In this document: positions 49,486 to 62,800 of the stretch, in pieces
How positions within the stretch are numbered: position 1 is the first letter of the stretch
How the letters are laid out: every line of letters starts with the position of its first letter
Source: Cenococcum geophilum
Taxonomy: Eukaryota
Assembly: GCA_050273025.1 (NCBI GenBank)
Contig: CP158635.1
Coordinates: 1,550,001-1,614,000, forward strand
DNA: 64,000 nucleotides
Direction of reading: 5' to 3'
Notes under the pieces: generated by a model
Told to the model about the DNA's origin: nothing
The model's input: the letters and a program-made list of their open reading frames with translations, nothing else
The model's database searches: none
Program-made: the position numbers and the translations under genes

Positions 49486-52400
49486 TAAAGGAAATAGTAA
49501 TAAAGGGCAGGGGGGTAAGCAACGGGCGCCCCCTAATAACTCTATAGTAGTAGAGTAAAGTTTATAATACTAGCGCGTCCGTAGGCTTATTACGGCAGCA
49601 GTAGTTCCTAAGAAGGTCAAAAAGTAAAGTAGTAGGAGCACCACTAGTAACTTATAGGCGCCTTATAGGCGAGTCCTAAAAGGCAGGGAGATAGATTACG
49701 GGGTTTTCTTAAATAGAGTTTTCTCCCTATATGTATATAAGGAGTAGTCCGCGTAGGCCTAATAGGGATCTGAATCGGACGTTAAGCAATAAATTATTAT
49801 TAATAAGGCCTAAAAATTCTAAAAAGAAGCTAGTAAAGTCTTAGTTTAGTTATTATAGGTTTTTAAGTTTAGTAATAGCTATATATTTATAATTAGTGTT
49901 ATTATATATTTATTCTAGTAGAGAAATAAAGATTTTAAAATTAATAAAGGTGCCGTTATAGAAGAATAGGTCTATAGTTTATGCAGTATTTTTACTTAAA
50001 TAAAATATTCTATAACTAATCTTACTAGCTTTAGTAGGGTATCGGTTATAATTTATTAAAAGTTTAAGATAGAGCTTAGTTATAAAGGAATGTAAGTTAT
50101 TTTAATTTCTATTAAATATTAGAGGGTTAAAAAGCTTTTTAGATTTTATAGTAGGTACTAGGTTTATTATAGATATAGGTTAAGCTACTATTACTAGTTT
50201 AGGGTTTATATTTAATAGGTTAGGTTTATATATAATTATTTTAATTTTGTTTATAGATGTTGCTATTAGGGTCTTTAACGCAAATACTTTAGCGTTATAG
50301 AGTTCTTTATATATTACTTTAATTAATTACTAATATTAAGCTTCTAGTATAGTTTGTTACTAGGCCAAGGCATCTATAAAGGACTATTATATTATAGTTA
50401 TTTATTCCCTAACTAGGGCTATAATAGTTAACATAGCGGATTTAAGTTTATTTACCATTTTAAGGGTATTAGTATTAATGTAACGTAATATAAGGGCGCA
50501 AAAAGACTTTAGGGAAGATTTAAAGGAATAATATAAATTCTATCTAAATCTAAGGGTATATAGCTCTTATTAAAAATAAGACGTTATATAAAGAAGAGAA
50601 GGGAATAATAATGGAATTATATAATTAATTAGTTAGGGGCTTAGTAGTTAATGCGTGCGTATATACGCACGCGGTCTTTAATAAACTTTAGTAGAATTTA
50701 ATTAATTTAGTAGAATTCGGTTAAAGCGTTAGAATTTATCTATTAAGTATTTTACTAAGACATTCCTACTATAACTAGGCTAGTCCCATTATAGATATCT
50801 ATATAATTAGAGCTACCCTATTAGCGTAACTTACTAAAAAACCTAAATATATAATCTTTACTATTATAATAGCCGATATTAAAAAGGCCTTAGTATTAAA
50901 AAAGTATACTAACCCTGCTATAAAGGTACTAGTAGAGTATTATTACCGCCTAAATATATTCTTATAAAAGGAAGCTAATAAGCTACTAGAATACTAACCG
51001 TATAACTATAAGATTATACTTAAAGAAGGAAAGTAGCCTAGATTTAGACCCTTATATAGAATGTTCTAAAATAAACTCTAAGTGCTATAAAAGTATTTAG
51101 ACGAGAACCTAAGTAAAGAATTTATTAGAGTAAGCTCGTTACCTATAGCTATACTAGTAATCTTTGTTAACAAACCTAGTAGCGGTCTATACTTCTATAT
51201 AGATTACTAAGCTATTAACGCCGTTACTATTAAAAACTAATATCTGATTCCGTTAATATAAAAAACGCTAGGCTAATTAAATAAGGCTCGTTACTATATA
51301 AAGCTTAATATTATCTCTATAGTTAACCGTCTTAATATAGTAAAAGGAGATAAATAGCTTACTGCATTTTGTACTTAGTATGGATTATTTAAATACTTAG
51401 TAACGCTATTTAGCCTTATAAATGCCCTAAGCTTGTTTTAATATTATATAAATAATACTCTATATCCCTACCTAGATATCTTCTATACCGCTTATATTAA
51501 TAATATCTTAATATATAGTAATAACCTAACTAAATACTAAAAATACGTTAACTTTGTTTTATAAGCTGTATATAGAGTTAGTTTATAATTAGACGTAAAT
51601 AAATATAAGTTCTATAAAATAGAAGTCCTATACCCTAGACTTCTTATCTCTATAAATAGTATATAAATAAACCTAAAGAAAGTTAAAGTAATTATAAACT
51701 AGTAAAAACTTAAGAAAGTTAAGGATTGTAACGGGACTAGCCTAGTTACAGTAGGAATGTCTTAGTAAAATACTTAATAGATAAATTCTAACGCTTTAAC
51801 CAAATTCTACTAGATTAATTAAATTTTACTAAAGTCTATTAAAGACCGTATATATATATACGCACGTATTAACCACTAAGCCCCTAACTATTTAATTATA
51901 TAATTCTCTTATTATTCCTTTCTCTTCTTTATATAATGCCTTATTCTTAATAAGAGCTATATACCTTTAGATTTAGATAGAATTTATATTATTCCTTTAA
52001 ATCTTCCTTAAAGTCTCTTCGCGCCCTTATATTACGTTATATTAAAACAACTACTATTAAAATAGTAAATAAACTTAAACCCTTCGCGTTAACTATAAGC
52101 ATTATGGCCCTAGTTAGGGAATAGTTAACTATAATACAACAGTTCTTTATAGATACTTTAGCCCAATAGTAAGTAATATTAGAAACTTAGCACTAGTAAT
52201 TAATAGGAGTAATTTATAAAGAACTTTATAACCTTAAAGTACTTATATTAGAGACCCTAATAGTAATACCTATAAATAAAAATAAAATAACTATATATAA
52301 ACCCGACCTATTAAATATAAACCCAAAACTAGTAATAGTAGCTTAACCTATACCTATAATAAACCTAGTACTTACTATAAAATCTAAAAAGCTCCCTAAC

Positions 52401-53636
52401 CCTCTAATATTTAATAGAAATTAAAATAACCTATATTCCTTTATAACTAGGCTCTATCTTAAACTTTTAATAAACTATAACTAATACCCTATTAAAGCTA
52501 GTAAGATTAGCTATAGAATATCTTATTTAAATAAAGATGCTATATAAACTATAGACCTATTCTTCTATAATAGCACCTTTATTAATTTTAAAATCTTTAT
52601 TTTTTTACTAGAATAAATATATAATAACGCTAGCCGCAAATATATAGCTATTACTAAACTTAAAAACCTATAATAATGGAACTAAGACTTTACTAGCTTC
52701 TTTTTAGAATTTTTAGGCCTTATTAGTAAACTAAATTAGAATAAAGCCGCTAGAGTTACTACTCTCTATTAAGCTATTTTAGATAAAATTAGAGTATAAT
52801 TAGTAGGTAAAAAACTGCTAAATAACTTACCTAAATTTGCTATAATATGTTAATAAATTAATAAGGTCCTTTAATATAATAAATAAACTTATTCTCTAAA
52901 GCTAACTATATCTTATATTTAAAACTTTATAAAACTAGTATATACCCTAAAACGCGATCTATTTTTAAGACCTAAAAGCCCTATATATAACTCTATAGAC
53001 CTTAACGCCACTTAATCCTATATACCCTTAGGAATTAATAAATAAAGAATATAAGCTATAAATAGAGAATATTTTAAATATAAAAAAAAGGAATATATTT
53101 AAAGGGATTACTAAACTTACCGTTTTAAAAAGGTCCACTATAGCTCCTCTTAATCCTTAAGTTATACTTATTTTATAAATTATACTTAGTTACTATAAAG
53201 TATCTTACCTTTAATTAACTTAGAAAATAAATTATTCTAGGGCTAAGTCGCGCCTTAGGACAAAAGGTAGAAGAGTATAAGTATTTAGGCTCTTTTAGCG
53301 CTAATATATAATATAACTCCTACTTAATAAAAATTAAATACTTAAAAAATAGAAGGAGGTATAAATTCTAATAAATAGTAGAGTTACTAGTATAGGCTTT
53401 ATTAATATAAATCACGCAAAAACCTAATACCTAAATTTAAAGAAACTTAATAAGCGTTAAGGCCTATAAGGCTTTAATAGTAAACCCTTAATATATAGTA
53501 AACTAATATACTACGCTTTTATAAAGATAAGGATAGGTAAATACCTTAAATATATTTCCCTATTTATAATATACTTAAAGTATTTTAAGGTAATACTTAA
53601 ATATAAATAGCTAAAATAATATAACCCTTTAATTAG

Positions 53637-56600
53637 TGTTGGGAATAAAGGCAAGCACTCACTATCTGAGGTATATTGCCGTTACGTATGGCAAGTTGCC
53701 GTCACGTGTTGCCGTAACACTAGCGTAGCGAGGAGCCTTAAGCTCCTCGCCCTCCCTTATTTTTTATATAGAATAATAATTATTATACTATCTACAAACC
53801 ATAGCTACGTAATATTACCTTATGTAACCAACGCTAATTAGTAGTTAACTTTACTATTATACTATAGAGCAGCTAGGTATTCCACTAAGAAGAGATAAAC
53901 CACTATACTAGTACTACTCGTGCTAAAGGGAGCTATCTTTTAAGGTTAGAACTGGTCCTAAACCTTAAATAAAACTCTTCTACGAATCTAAGGATCTAAA
54001 GGCTAGAACTAGTCTTAAGCCTTTTTAAGATTACGGATTCTTATGTCTATTATATAGAATAATACGCTTTATAAGTCTTTGCGATTTAAGGCTAGAACTA
54101 GTCCTAAGCCCTATAATTATAAATACACGTCTAAACGCGTACTAAATAACAAACTCGTACTAAATAATAAATATATATTACAAACACGTACTAAACAATA
54201 ATCCCTACGCTAATAACACTTCCCTCCCTCTAAAAACATGGCTACGCCTACTTTAAACGACTAGGAAGACTTTTTACCACTAGGGGTAGCTTTATACGCG
54301 AAACTTATTAATAAAAATTAGGACGAATTTACCTTTAATATAATAACTTATACCGCAAAACAAGTTAATAGCTTTCTCCTATACTGTATTATATTCTACT
54401 AAAGTAAATACTACGCCGATTTACAGCTATGGGAATATTTTAGGGAGGATTTTATAGGATAGACCGCTAACACCTAGGCACTTAGCAATATTAATATTAT
54501 TTAAAAATTTTAAGACTTCCTTTATAGGAACGGGGTATATATTACTAAAAACGGTAACCTAATTACTAGTAATATTTAGGCCATTATTACTAGTATAAAA
54601 GAACCAGTATAGACAGAAGCTAAGATTATACGTTAACTATAGAAACCTAAAACCAACCTATATTCTTTAAAAGGCAACTTTAATTTAGAACGAAACCCCT
54701 AGAACGCTACTCTCCTACCTAAAGGTACTCTTTTACCTAAATATACTCTTTCTCTACCTCCGCCGTCTCTAACTCCTCTACTTTAGCCAACCAGTAAGCC
54801 TTTATTATAAGAAGTTATAAATCTAATAAATGTATATTTAGACGAAGAGAAGAAGTTTAGAGGAGAATTGTATAATATACTTAGAGCAAAACTATAGGTC
54901 TTTTATAACTGTTGTAACAAGATTAAAATTTAAGGCCACTAGTACTACCACGCTTTCTCTATTATATTAAAGGGATAGGCAGTAACATTCTATTATAAAT
55001 ATATTATGGGTAAAAACTATAGCTTTAATATAATGCTTTAGCTTACTAAAGCCTACTTTAAGACTAATAAGAATTGCCAACTTTATATATCCAAATGGCG
55101 AGAGACTATATTTTAGAGAGTTATTGCTTTTAACCTAATAAAGACTTATTTAGAGTACCTTTAACTACTCTTTAATAAACTCTAGAAAATCTAATATAGC
55201 CTTACTAAAACTTACTAAAATAAGAACAGCCTAAGGGACTAGGTTATCTTAGCCTACTATAGCGTTCTTAAGTGCAACTTAGCGCTATATAAACCTATAG
55301 ATACATTTAAAGGAGTATATACTAAGCTACGCTCCGCTATAGGTACTATAATATAAATATAAGAATCTTAATAGTTCTATATTAAAAACCCTACCTAACT
55401 AAATATTCCTAACTAACACGATTATAACTAGACTAATTAAATATATAGTGGCCGTAGTAGGGAATATAAAAGAGGGTATAATTAACGTTAACTATAAGGC
55501 AATTATAGAGGTCCTTATAGAGGTTTATTTTAAAGTAATTACTAGAAAAAGTGCTATATTTATAAGAAGCTAAATTACTAGTTAACTAAACACTCCCTTA
55601 ATAAGCAAAAGGAGGTATATAATAAGTTCTATTAGAGTATAAGAAATATTAGAAATTATAAGGTTACTATAGCCTACTTCTAAAGCTTCCTAGTTTAATA
55701 TAAAGGCGCAGAAGATCTTAAAAGTGAAGTTAATAAGACTAAATAGCTCCTTATAGATATAGAAATTAAGGACTACTATTTTAACCAATACTTTACTAAA
55801 ATAGTAAGGTAGATAGTATATAAACTATTACTATTCTTAATAACTAATCTACGCTCTATTCTATTATAAAGTTAGATATCTTTAATAAGCTAAAGGAGAG
55901 TTCCGCGTATTCCTTTAATAATAGATACTTAATATACGTCTTTTATAATATTATACCAGATATAGGAGCCATAGGAGTATTTATAGTAGGAAAACCTTAA
56001 GTTTAAGCTCTTTAGCAGCTTAATAGCTATATTTAGATTAACTAATTAACGGTAGGCTAATATACGATTTGCTTTAGTAAAGGTACTATAATCTCTCTTA
56101 GCACAATTAGGGTCCAAATCCCTTTAGGATATATTACTTTCCATATTATTCCTATAAACACTCTATTTCTATTTTGCATTAAAGATATAAATAAGTTAGG
56201 TATTAGGCTTAACAACCTTAAAAATATACTTATTTAGGGAGATAATTAGATGCCTATTATACGCAAGTAGGGTTACCCCTAGTTACTCCTTTATTAACTA
56301 AAAAAGAGTATTACTTAAAGCCACTTAATTAAGTTAGAATTACGCCAACTATACCATCGTTTTAGCCACCTATCCGTTTATTAATTACTTAGGGTTCTTT
56401 AGTAAGTAGGCTATAAAGTTAAAATTAAGGCAATTAAGCATCTTATAAAGTACTGCTATTACTACTAAATAAACTAAAAGTCCCCTAGCCGATTTAAGTT
56501 TACCCTTAAGAATAACTACAACTTTAACTTCTATATTATTATTAATGTTATATATCTTAGCGGCAAGCTAGTGCTCTAAGTAGTTAACTTCTTAACCTCT

Positions 56601-59600
56601 TTTTAAGCTACGCGTTTCTTAAAAGATATATTAACTAGAAACGTATAGGATACCCTTTAGTTATACTAGATTAATATTTATTTAGGACCCCCTAATTAAA
56701 TTATCTATAATATAAAAAAGAACTTCTTATTTATAGAGTTCCGATAATAGATAAAGGCAATAGCAATTAAGGTTAAGGAAGTCCCCATTAAGGCATATAA
56801 TAGTATTAAAAAAGTAGAGTAATATTATATACTATTATACCGCGTATATAAGATTATCTCTTTAAAACTAAAGGACGCTAATAAAAAACTTACCTTATAA
56901 ATAGCTATTAAAGCTATTAATAATTCTACTAGCCCGGATAAACTTATACCTATATTACTAGTCTTTAGTGCCTACCCTTAAATAACTAATAATTTTTTAC
57001 TATCTCCCTTTATTATATAATAAGCCAAGGCTATTTATAAGGCAATAAAGGAGGTATAACGTCTCTACGCTATACGCTAGGTTAATAACGTACTAGGAAT
57101 AAGAAATAGCCTAAATACCTTAACTATACTTAATCTACCACTCTAGTCTAAAGTATGCGTATAGCGTAAAAAGGGAGGATAGTTAGGCCTACACCAACTT
57201 ATTATAATTAATAGTTAAACTTATACTATTTAGATGCCTTACGGACCTACTTAATTCCATTTAACTGTTATTAAGCCTTACTATAAAGATAATAATTCTA
57301 AGCCTTTGTAGAATACCCTAGAAGATGCCTTAAAGGAGAACTACAATTAATATGCTTTAAAAGGCGACTATAATCCTAATATAATTATAGTAGATGCGCT
57401 ATAACTATAACGCGGTAAAGGTCGCCTAAAGGGATTACAAAATTACTAATATTTTATTAATTTTAAAGAATAATTTATTGCCGCCATTAAGAATAAAGTT
57501 AAGTTATTAATAGCCTTTATAACAGCTAAAGAGAAGGCTAACTTTAAGCTTACAAAATAGCTCTAAAAGGAAGGTTATATTATAACCCTAAAAGCTCCTT
57601 TCTAAGCATCTAATAAGCAGAAGATTGACAGTCTTATTATAAAAGGAGTCTTTAAATTTAAGAAGTATAACCCTATTAAGTTTAATAAAGTTCGTATCTT
57701 TAAGTTAAGGATAGTTAATAAGATTAAGGGCAAGGCTACTAACGCCCTATTTAAGAAATTAAGGCTTATTATTTAAGGTTATAATAATAATAGTAAGGAG
57801 ATAATTCTTATGTAATCTTCTATAATTTAACAAGCTAGTTAACGAGTTATTATTATATTAGCTCCCTCCTTAATAAAGAATAAAATGGCGATTTATTTAT
57901 AAGATATTACTTAGGCCTATACCCAATTAGAGACGCTCCTTTAGTGCTTAATATTAGCACACCTTCTAGAGTAAATTCGCCACTAGTATCCTAAAGATAT
58001 AATTATAGTTATGCTTAAGCCATTATATAGAATCGTAGAGGTAGGAACTTACTAGTAGGCTACCTACAGCAAGCACCATAAAGAGAAGCTTTTAATAATT
58101 ACTTCTATATTTAATCCCTACTTCCTTATTATAACCATAAGAACCCTATTTAGAATTGTTAGTATATAAACTAATAATATAATTATCTTAGGAGATAACC
58201 AATTCTTAGCCCTTAAAGAGAATAAGCTAGTAAAGGCAAATCTTATAACAAAGCTAAAGGAAAAGCTTAATTTAACAACACTATTACTTTTTAATAGATG
58301 CATCCTCTCCCTAAATAAGGATTCTATTGCTTTACACTAGAAGGGTTAAAGTAAGAAGATTAACGTTATTAACGTTAATTCCCTAAAGCAAGGATATATA
58401 GAGTAACGCGCTTGCGGAGCTTATATTACTTCTATTTATTAACCTAAGGCTTTATTTAATCTCTTTATTGCCGCCTAATATTAGGAACTAACTAAGGATA
58501 ATATTCTTACCCTAAATAAACGTCTTTTTTAGTAAATAAACCATTTTAATTAGGGACTACTCTATGTACCTATTAATCTTCCTACCGCTAAGCTCTTTAT
58601 ATTTATTAATAGATTATTTATAAATAATATAGATTTTAGCTCCTAGTTAGGATATAAGATTATTATCACAAATAAATTTACTAGAGAGAATAACTTTATA
58701 ATCTATAGCAATTTTATTTATTAGAGCTTAACTAAGAGCAAGCGCATTACCTAAAGTGTTTTAGTATTAGAGATATATAGAATAGTTAGTAGAGTTAATA
58801 TAGCAATTACAATTAGAACTACCCTAAAGATAATTATAGATTAACTTAAACTTCCCGTTATTCCTATAATCGTATACACTAACTTATATTCCCTTTATAA
58901 GTATTTAGTTAAGCTTAGTACTATAAAGAAAAAGCGCCTTATAATTAATATTATAGCACTTTAGTAATCCTATAAGCGTTAAAAACTCTTTAAAATTTAA
59001 TAAATTAATAGCTAAGATAACCTAGTAGATATAATAATAAAGGTAAACCTAAATAAGGTACTAGAGACGTTTGTTAATATAAATACTCTATATATATAAG
59101 TTAAAGGTTAGGTTAAAAGGAAGCTCCTAGAAATTTCTTAGTTATATAAGGTCTTAAGATATCTAGGAACTTTAACCGGCAGTTAAAGTTATCTAATTAG
59201 TTAGATTCTCTTACTAAAACGTTTTTAAAGGGGGGAGTATAATATTCTATAGACCCTAACTTAACCTAGCTAATTAGGATTTTCCATCCCTAGGATAGAA
59301 AATCGCTATTAGCTCGCTTACTGCTAGCGCCTTAGCAGCCCTACTAATAAGATACCTACCCATAACTTATAAGCAAGAAAGCACTATATACTAAGAGGCA
59401 AATTTTAGGATAGCGAGACTCATATTATAATAGCAATAGTAGGTAAAAAGGATTAATATTTATTCCGCTAGTTAAGCGATATATATATATAGATGGTAAC
59501 TATAAAAGAAGAGTTACTAGTGTTAGGAATAAAGGCAAGCACTTACTATTTAAGGTATATTGCCGTTACGTATAGTAAGTTGCCGTTACGTGTTGCCGCG

Positions 59601-59717
59601 GCACTAGCGTGGCGAGGAGCCTTAAGCTCCTCGCCCTCCCTTATTTTTTATATAGAATAATAATTATTATACTATCTACGAACCGTAGCTATATAATATT
59701 ACCTTATATAACTAATA
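53637..59717 (+). mobile_element. Full-length Ty1/copia-type element G (RIPed)
   Basis: 197-bp LTRs at 53637-53833 and 59521-59717; TSD ATTAG. ORF relic from ATG 54238 with HRFSHL (HRRFGHP), RLII*GYNN, DIT*AYTQ, LKPLYRIVEVGTY and *TNN (QTDD). Integrase precedes RT. Confidence 0.92.
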
Positions 59718-59808
59718 ATTAGCTAGGTTGAAGAAATACTAAAATTCCGTATAACCTATTATTAAAGTTATTACTTAAAATACTACTTACCTTATAAATA
59801 TATATATA

Positions 59809-62800
59809 GGAGCTCTTACTGCACCCGGCCTAAAAAGACCAAAAACAACTAAAAAGAACCCTGAAAAACACCTAGAGAATCCCCCTAAGATGCATGCATT
59901 ACAGGGGAGGCACACGTCAACCGACGGTGGCTCGCACTCGCGCGTAACCGCTAGATCTATGCCTAATAACGGCCCTCTATAACAAAGACGGGCGAATACT
60001 ATACTATAAAGCGGAAATACCTCTATTAAGAAGGCATCTAATAAAATATAAAGCCTACTAGACGTGTTTAGTATCTAGAATTATAGGGGAGTAACTATTA
60101 GCTATAACGAACTAATATAGCTAGTAGAATGGCTCCGCTAGTCTAGTAAACCTTAGGCGCCCCTCTAGTAAACCCTTAATTAAATCCTCTAATGGCTAAG
60201 CAAAATTAAAAATAAATAAAACTCCCCCTTACCGGCGAACCGCACCTAGGCTACCGTAGCCGCGCTTCTATACTATAGGGAACCTACCCCCCTTAAGATA
60301 ATAACCGGGTATATAATTATAATATAACTAAATATAGAAAAAGTAGAGGGGCTTAGGGGATAATTAGAAATAGAAGTCCTTACGGAGATTTGCAAAGAGG
60401 TTTATAATATAGTTATAGTCTAACACCTTAGGAGCGGAGATATTAGAGTTACTCTAAAGGACTAATAGGTAAAGGAACGAGCTATAAGGGTAGGGGACAG
60501 GCTAGGAGAACGTATTGGTATAAAAGTGCTCCGTGAAGACTACCTAGTTAAAGTCCTAGTGGTTTTTATAAGCCTTAGGGTAGAAAAGGGACGCTAGGTA
60601 GATAACACAGTAACTATATAGGAGATAGTAAAATATATAGAACGCCTTATACTAGGCCTTAAGATTACCTAAATCTAATAGCTTTAATAGGAAAATGCAA
60701 ACTAAGTAAATAATAAGAATAATAAGAGAATATAAGGGTCGCTAGAGATTTGCTAGGGAGACGCCGGTCGAATATATGGCTCCCTTATTATTAGCATATA
60801 TACACTAGAAATGCAAAAACTCTTTATTTAAAAAGGAATAATTATAAATAGCCTTATATATAACGCAAGGCTCTATAACTATAGACTACGCCTAGAATAA
60901 TGCTACTGCTGTATATAATAGGGATACACCTAATCCACATACGCAGTATAGGTGTGCTGCGGCTACTATGCAGGCCCTTATAATATAAGACACTGCTTAA
61001 ATTAAGACTAAATAAAATGTATAAACTACCACCGAAGCATATATAAGGCGTAGGAGAGAGAAGACTGCATTAAATACAAGAGGTGGAAGGCAAGGGCTTA
61101 ACAGCTACGGGAATAACTGTATGCTAGGTTATACGAATGAAAACAATAGGCGATAAGCTAGGGGGACGCAGGTGCCTTCCTAGCGTTTTCTACCTTTAGC
61201 ACTAGGGGGCTAGGCTAGCTATCCCAAGCCTTAACGGGCTAGAAGCGGCGCCGCGTAATATTACCAGACTGTATAGGGATATAAGGGTTATAGGGGATAT
61301 AAGGGAGAGGACGCCCTATAGGAAGACCCCTATAGATAGCTATAGCAAGCTTAAGACCAGGATAATTAAGAATTAGATTTAACGCAGTAAATATAACATT
61401 TATAGCCGACCTATAAAGGGTATATAGCTAGCTAGTAAAAATAGGGGAGGAACTGGAGATAATAATAGATTTAGATATAGAAGCGCTAGTAGGAATATAA
61501 GACATAGGAATGGAAAGCTCTATATAAAATAAGTAGTAACTAGGGTATAGATATAAGAGATAGAAGTTCTAAACATCCTAGAGAAAGTAAAAATAGAAAA
61601 AGCGAGGAATAAAGGAGAGGCGAAGGACCCTCGCCGGGGGTCCGCCACCTATCTATTATATAGTATAACTGCGGTAACATAAACCACCGTCTTATAAGGC
61701 CTTTACTAGATAGTCTAGACCTAGAGAAATACTATATCCTTGCTATATAAGAGCCGTACTATAATACCTATATATAATCGACATACTGCCCCTAAGGATT
61801 TTAGCTCCTATATGAACCAAAAGTAGCTATACGCGTGTACTTTATAATTAGTAAGGCTATTAGCCTATCCTTATAGTTATAGCAGGCAGTTAACCTAGAT
61901 ATTGCAGTTGTAATAATTTAGACATATAGGGGACCGGTATAAATTATTAATGTATATAACCCTAGGGTCGAAAGGGTCCTATAAATAGAGAATATTATAT
62001 TAGTAATAAGCTTGCTAGAAACTAAAGGTATAGAGTTTATCCTATTAGGAGATATAAACCTCCACTACCCGCGATAGGGGGGTATCTATATTACTGCTAA
62101 TTAATAGGTAGAGTGCCTACTAAGAGCTATAGACACCTAGGGCCTTAAGTTGGCTACCCCCCTAGGAGTAACTATATAGCAATAAGGAACCTCCAGAAGT
62201 ATAATTGACCTCATATTTATAGACAAAGGCCTATACTAGAGACTCGAAAGGTATAACCCTAAAGAAGAATAGGTACTCGCCTTAGACCATATCCCCATCT
62301 AGATATAGCTAGATTTAGATATTAAGGCGTAACTAAGTAGTAAAAGATACGTAATAAGGAAGCTTAAGATAAATAGTTTCCTTAATATAGTTAAATAATA
62401 ACTCTAAGACCTAGAAGAAATCCACCTAATTCCAAATAAGCGAGGCTTATTAGCTACCCCTAAGGAAATCGACTAAAGACTAAAAAGGATTTAGGTAGCG
62501 ATTAAAAATAGGCTAGAAGAGCACTGCCCGGTCTTAAAACTGGGCCCCTACGCGCGACACGCATGGTCCGTATAATACGCGGTTCTTATTACCAGCCAAT
62601 GATAAGTAAGAAGGAAATATATAAGTAGCTATAACCCTAAAAACGAGAGATGATATAAAGATATAAGAAACCAGTTAAAGAATACCCTAAAGAAAGAAGT
62701 AAGGAATAACTGGAGACGGTTTATAAACAAGTATACTTTTAACCCGAGCCTCCCCTATAATAAGGGCCTTTAGGCTATAGCAAAATAGGTATAAAAAAAA

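Larger units (their letters stand above)
40600..49547 (+). pseudogene. LINE H1 ORF2 relic (AP endonuclease, RT, C-terminal Cys/His motif)
   Basis: Motifs as above; the C-terminus resumes after the copia insertion and stops at 49547. Confidence 0.85.
38761..49800 (+). mobile_element. Full-length Tad1-like LINE H1 (RIPed), interrupted by copia I
   Basis: TSD TAATAAGGCCTAAAA (38746-38760, 49801-49815; single copy at the empty site in F); 3' end aataaattattat. ORF1 with three CCHC relics (~39858-40025). ORF2 with APE motifs (ILAI*EP, GDINLYYPR*GG) and RT motifs (APGLDRILN, SYRPIAL, GIL*GLPLSPILF, GFINN). Confidence 0.93.
33849..50793 (-). mobile_element. Full-length Ty3/gypsy chromovirus E (heavily RIPed), interrupted by LINE H1
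   Basis: 305-bp LTRs at 33849-34153 and 50489-50793; TSD AATAT/GATAT (one RIP change); PPT complement at 34154-34168; gag ATG 50458; protease ~38110; RT ~37400-36700; integrase ~35850-35100; chromodomain ~34600-34420. Confidence 0.9.
33694..51726 (+). mobile_element. Fragments of host Ty3/gypsy J pol (33694-33848 and 50794-51726)
   Basis: The two fragments join across E's TSD. RT motifs PLYRMF*NKL (~51048), YIDY*AIN (~51196), YINNILIYS = YIDDILIYS (~51493). Very heavily RIPed. Confidence 0.75.

Noticed and set aside
53945..54200. Short tandem repeats in the copia G leader (also 49075-49130 in copia I)
   Set aside because: Ordinary UTR repeats of LTR elements with no further structure seen.
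6238..58303. Other short ORF-track entries (6238, 13514, 15425, 18336, 31049, 43616, 45989, 58118)
   Set aside because: Antisense or off-frame ORFs in RIPed TE sequence with no motifs; the 6238 ORF spans an insertion junction.
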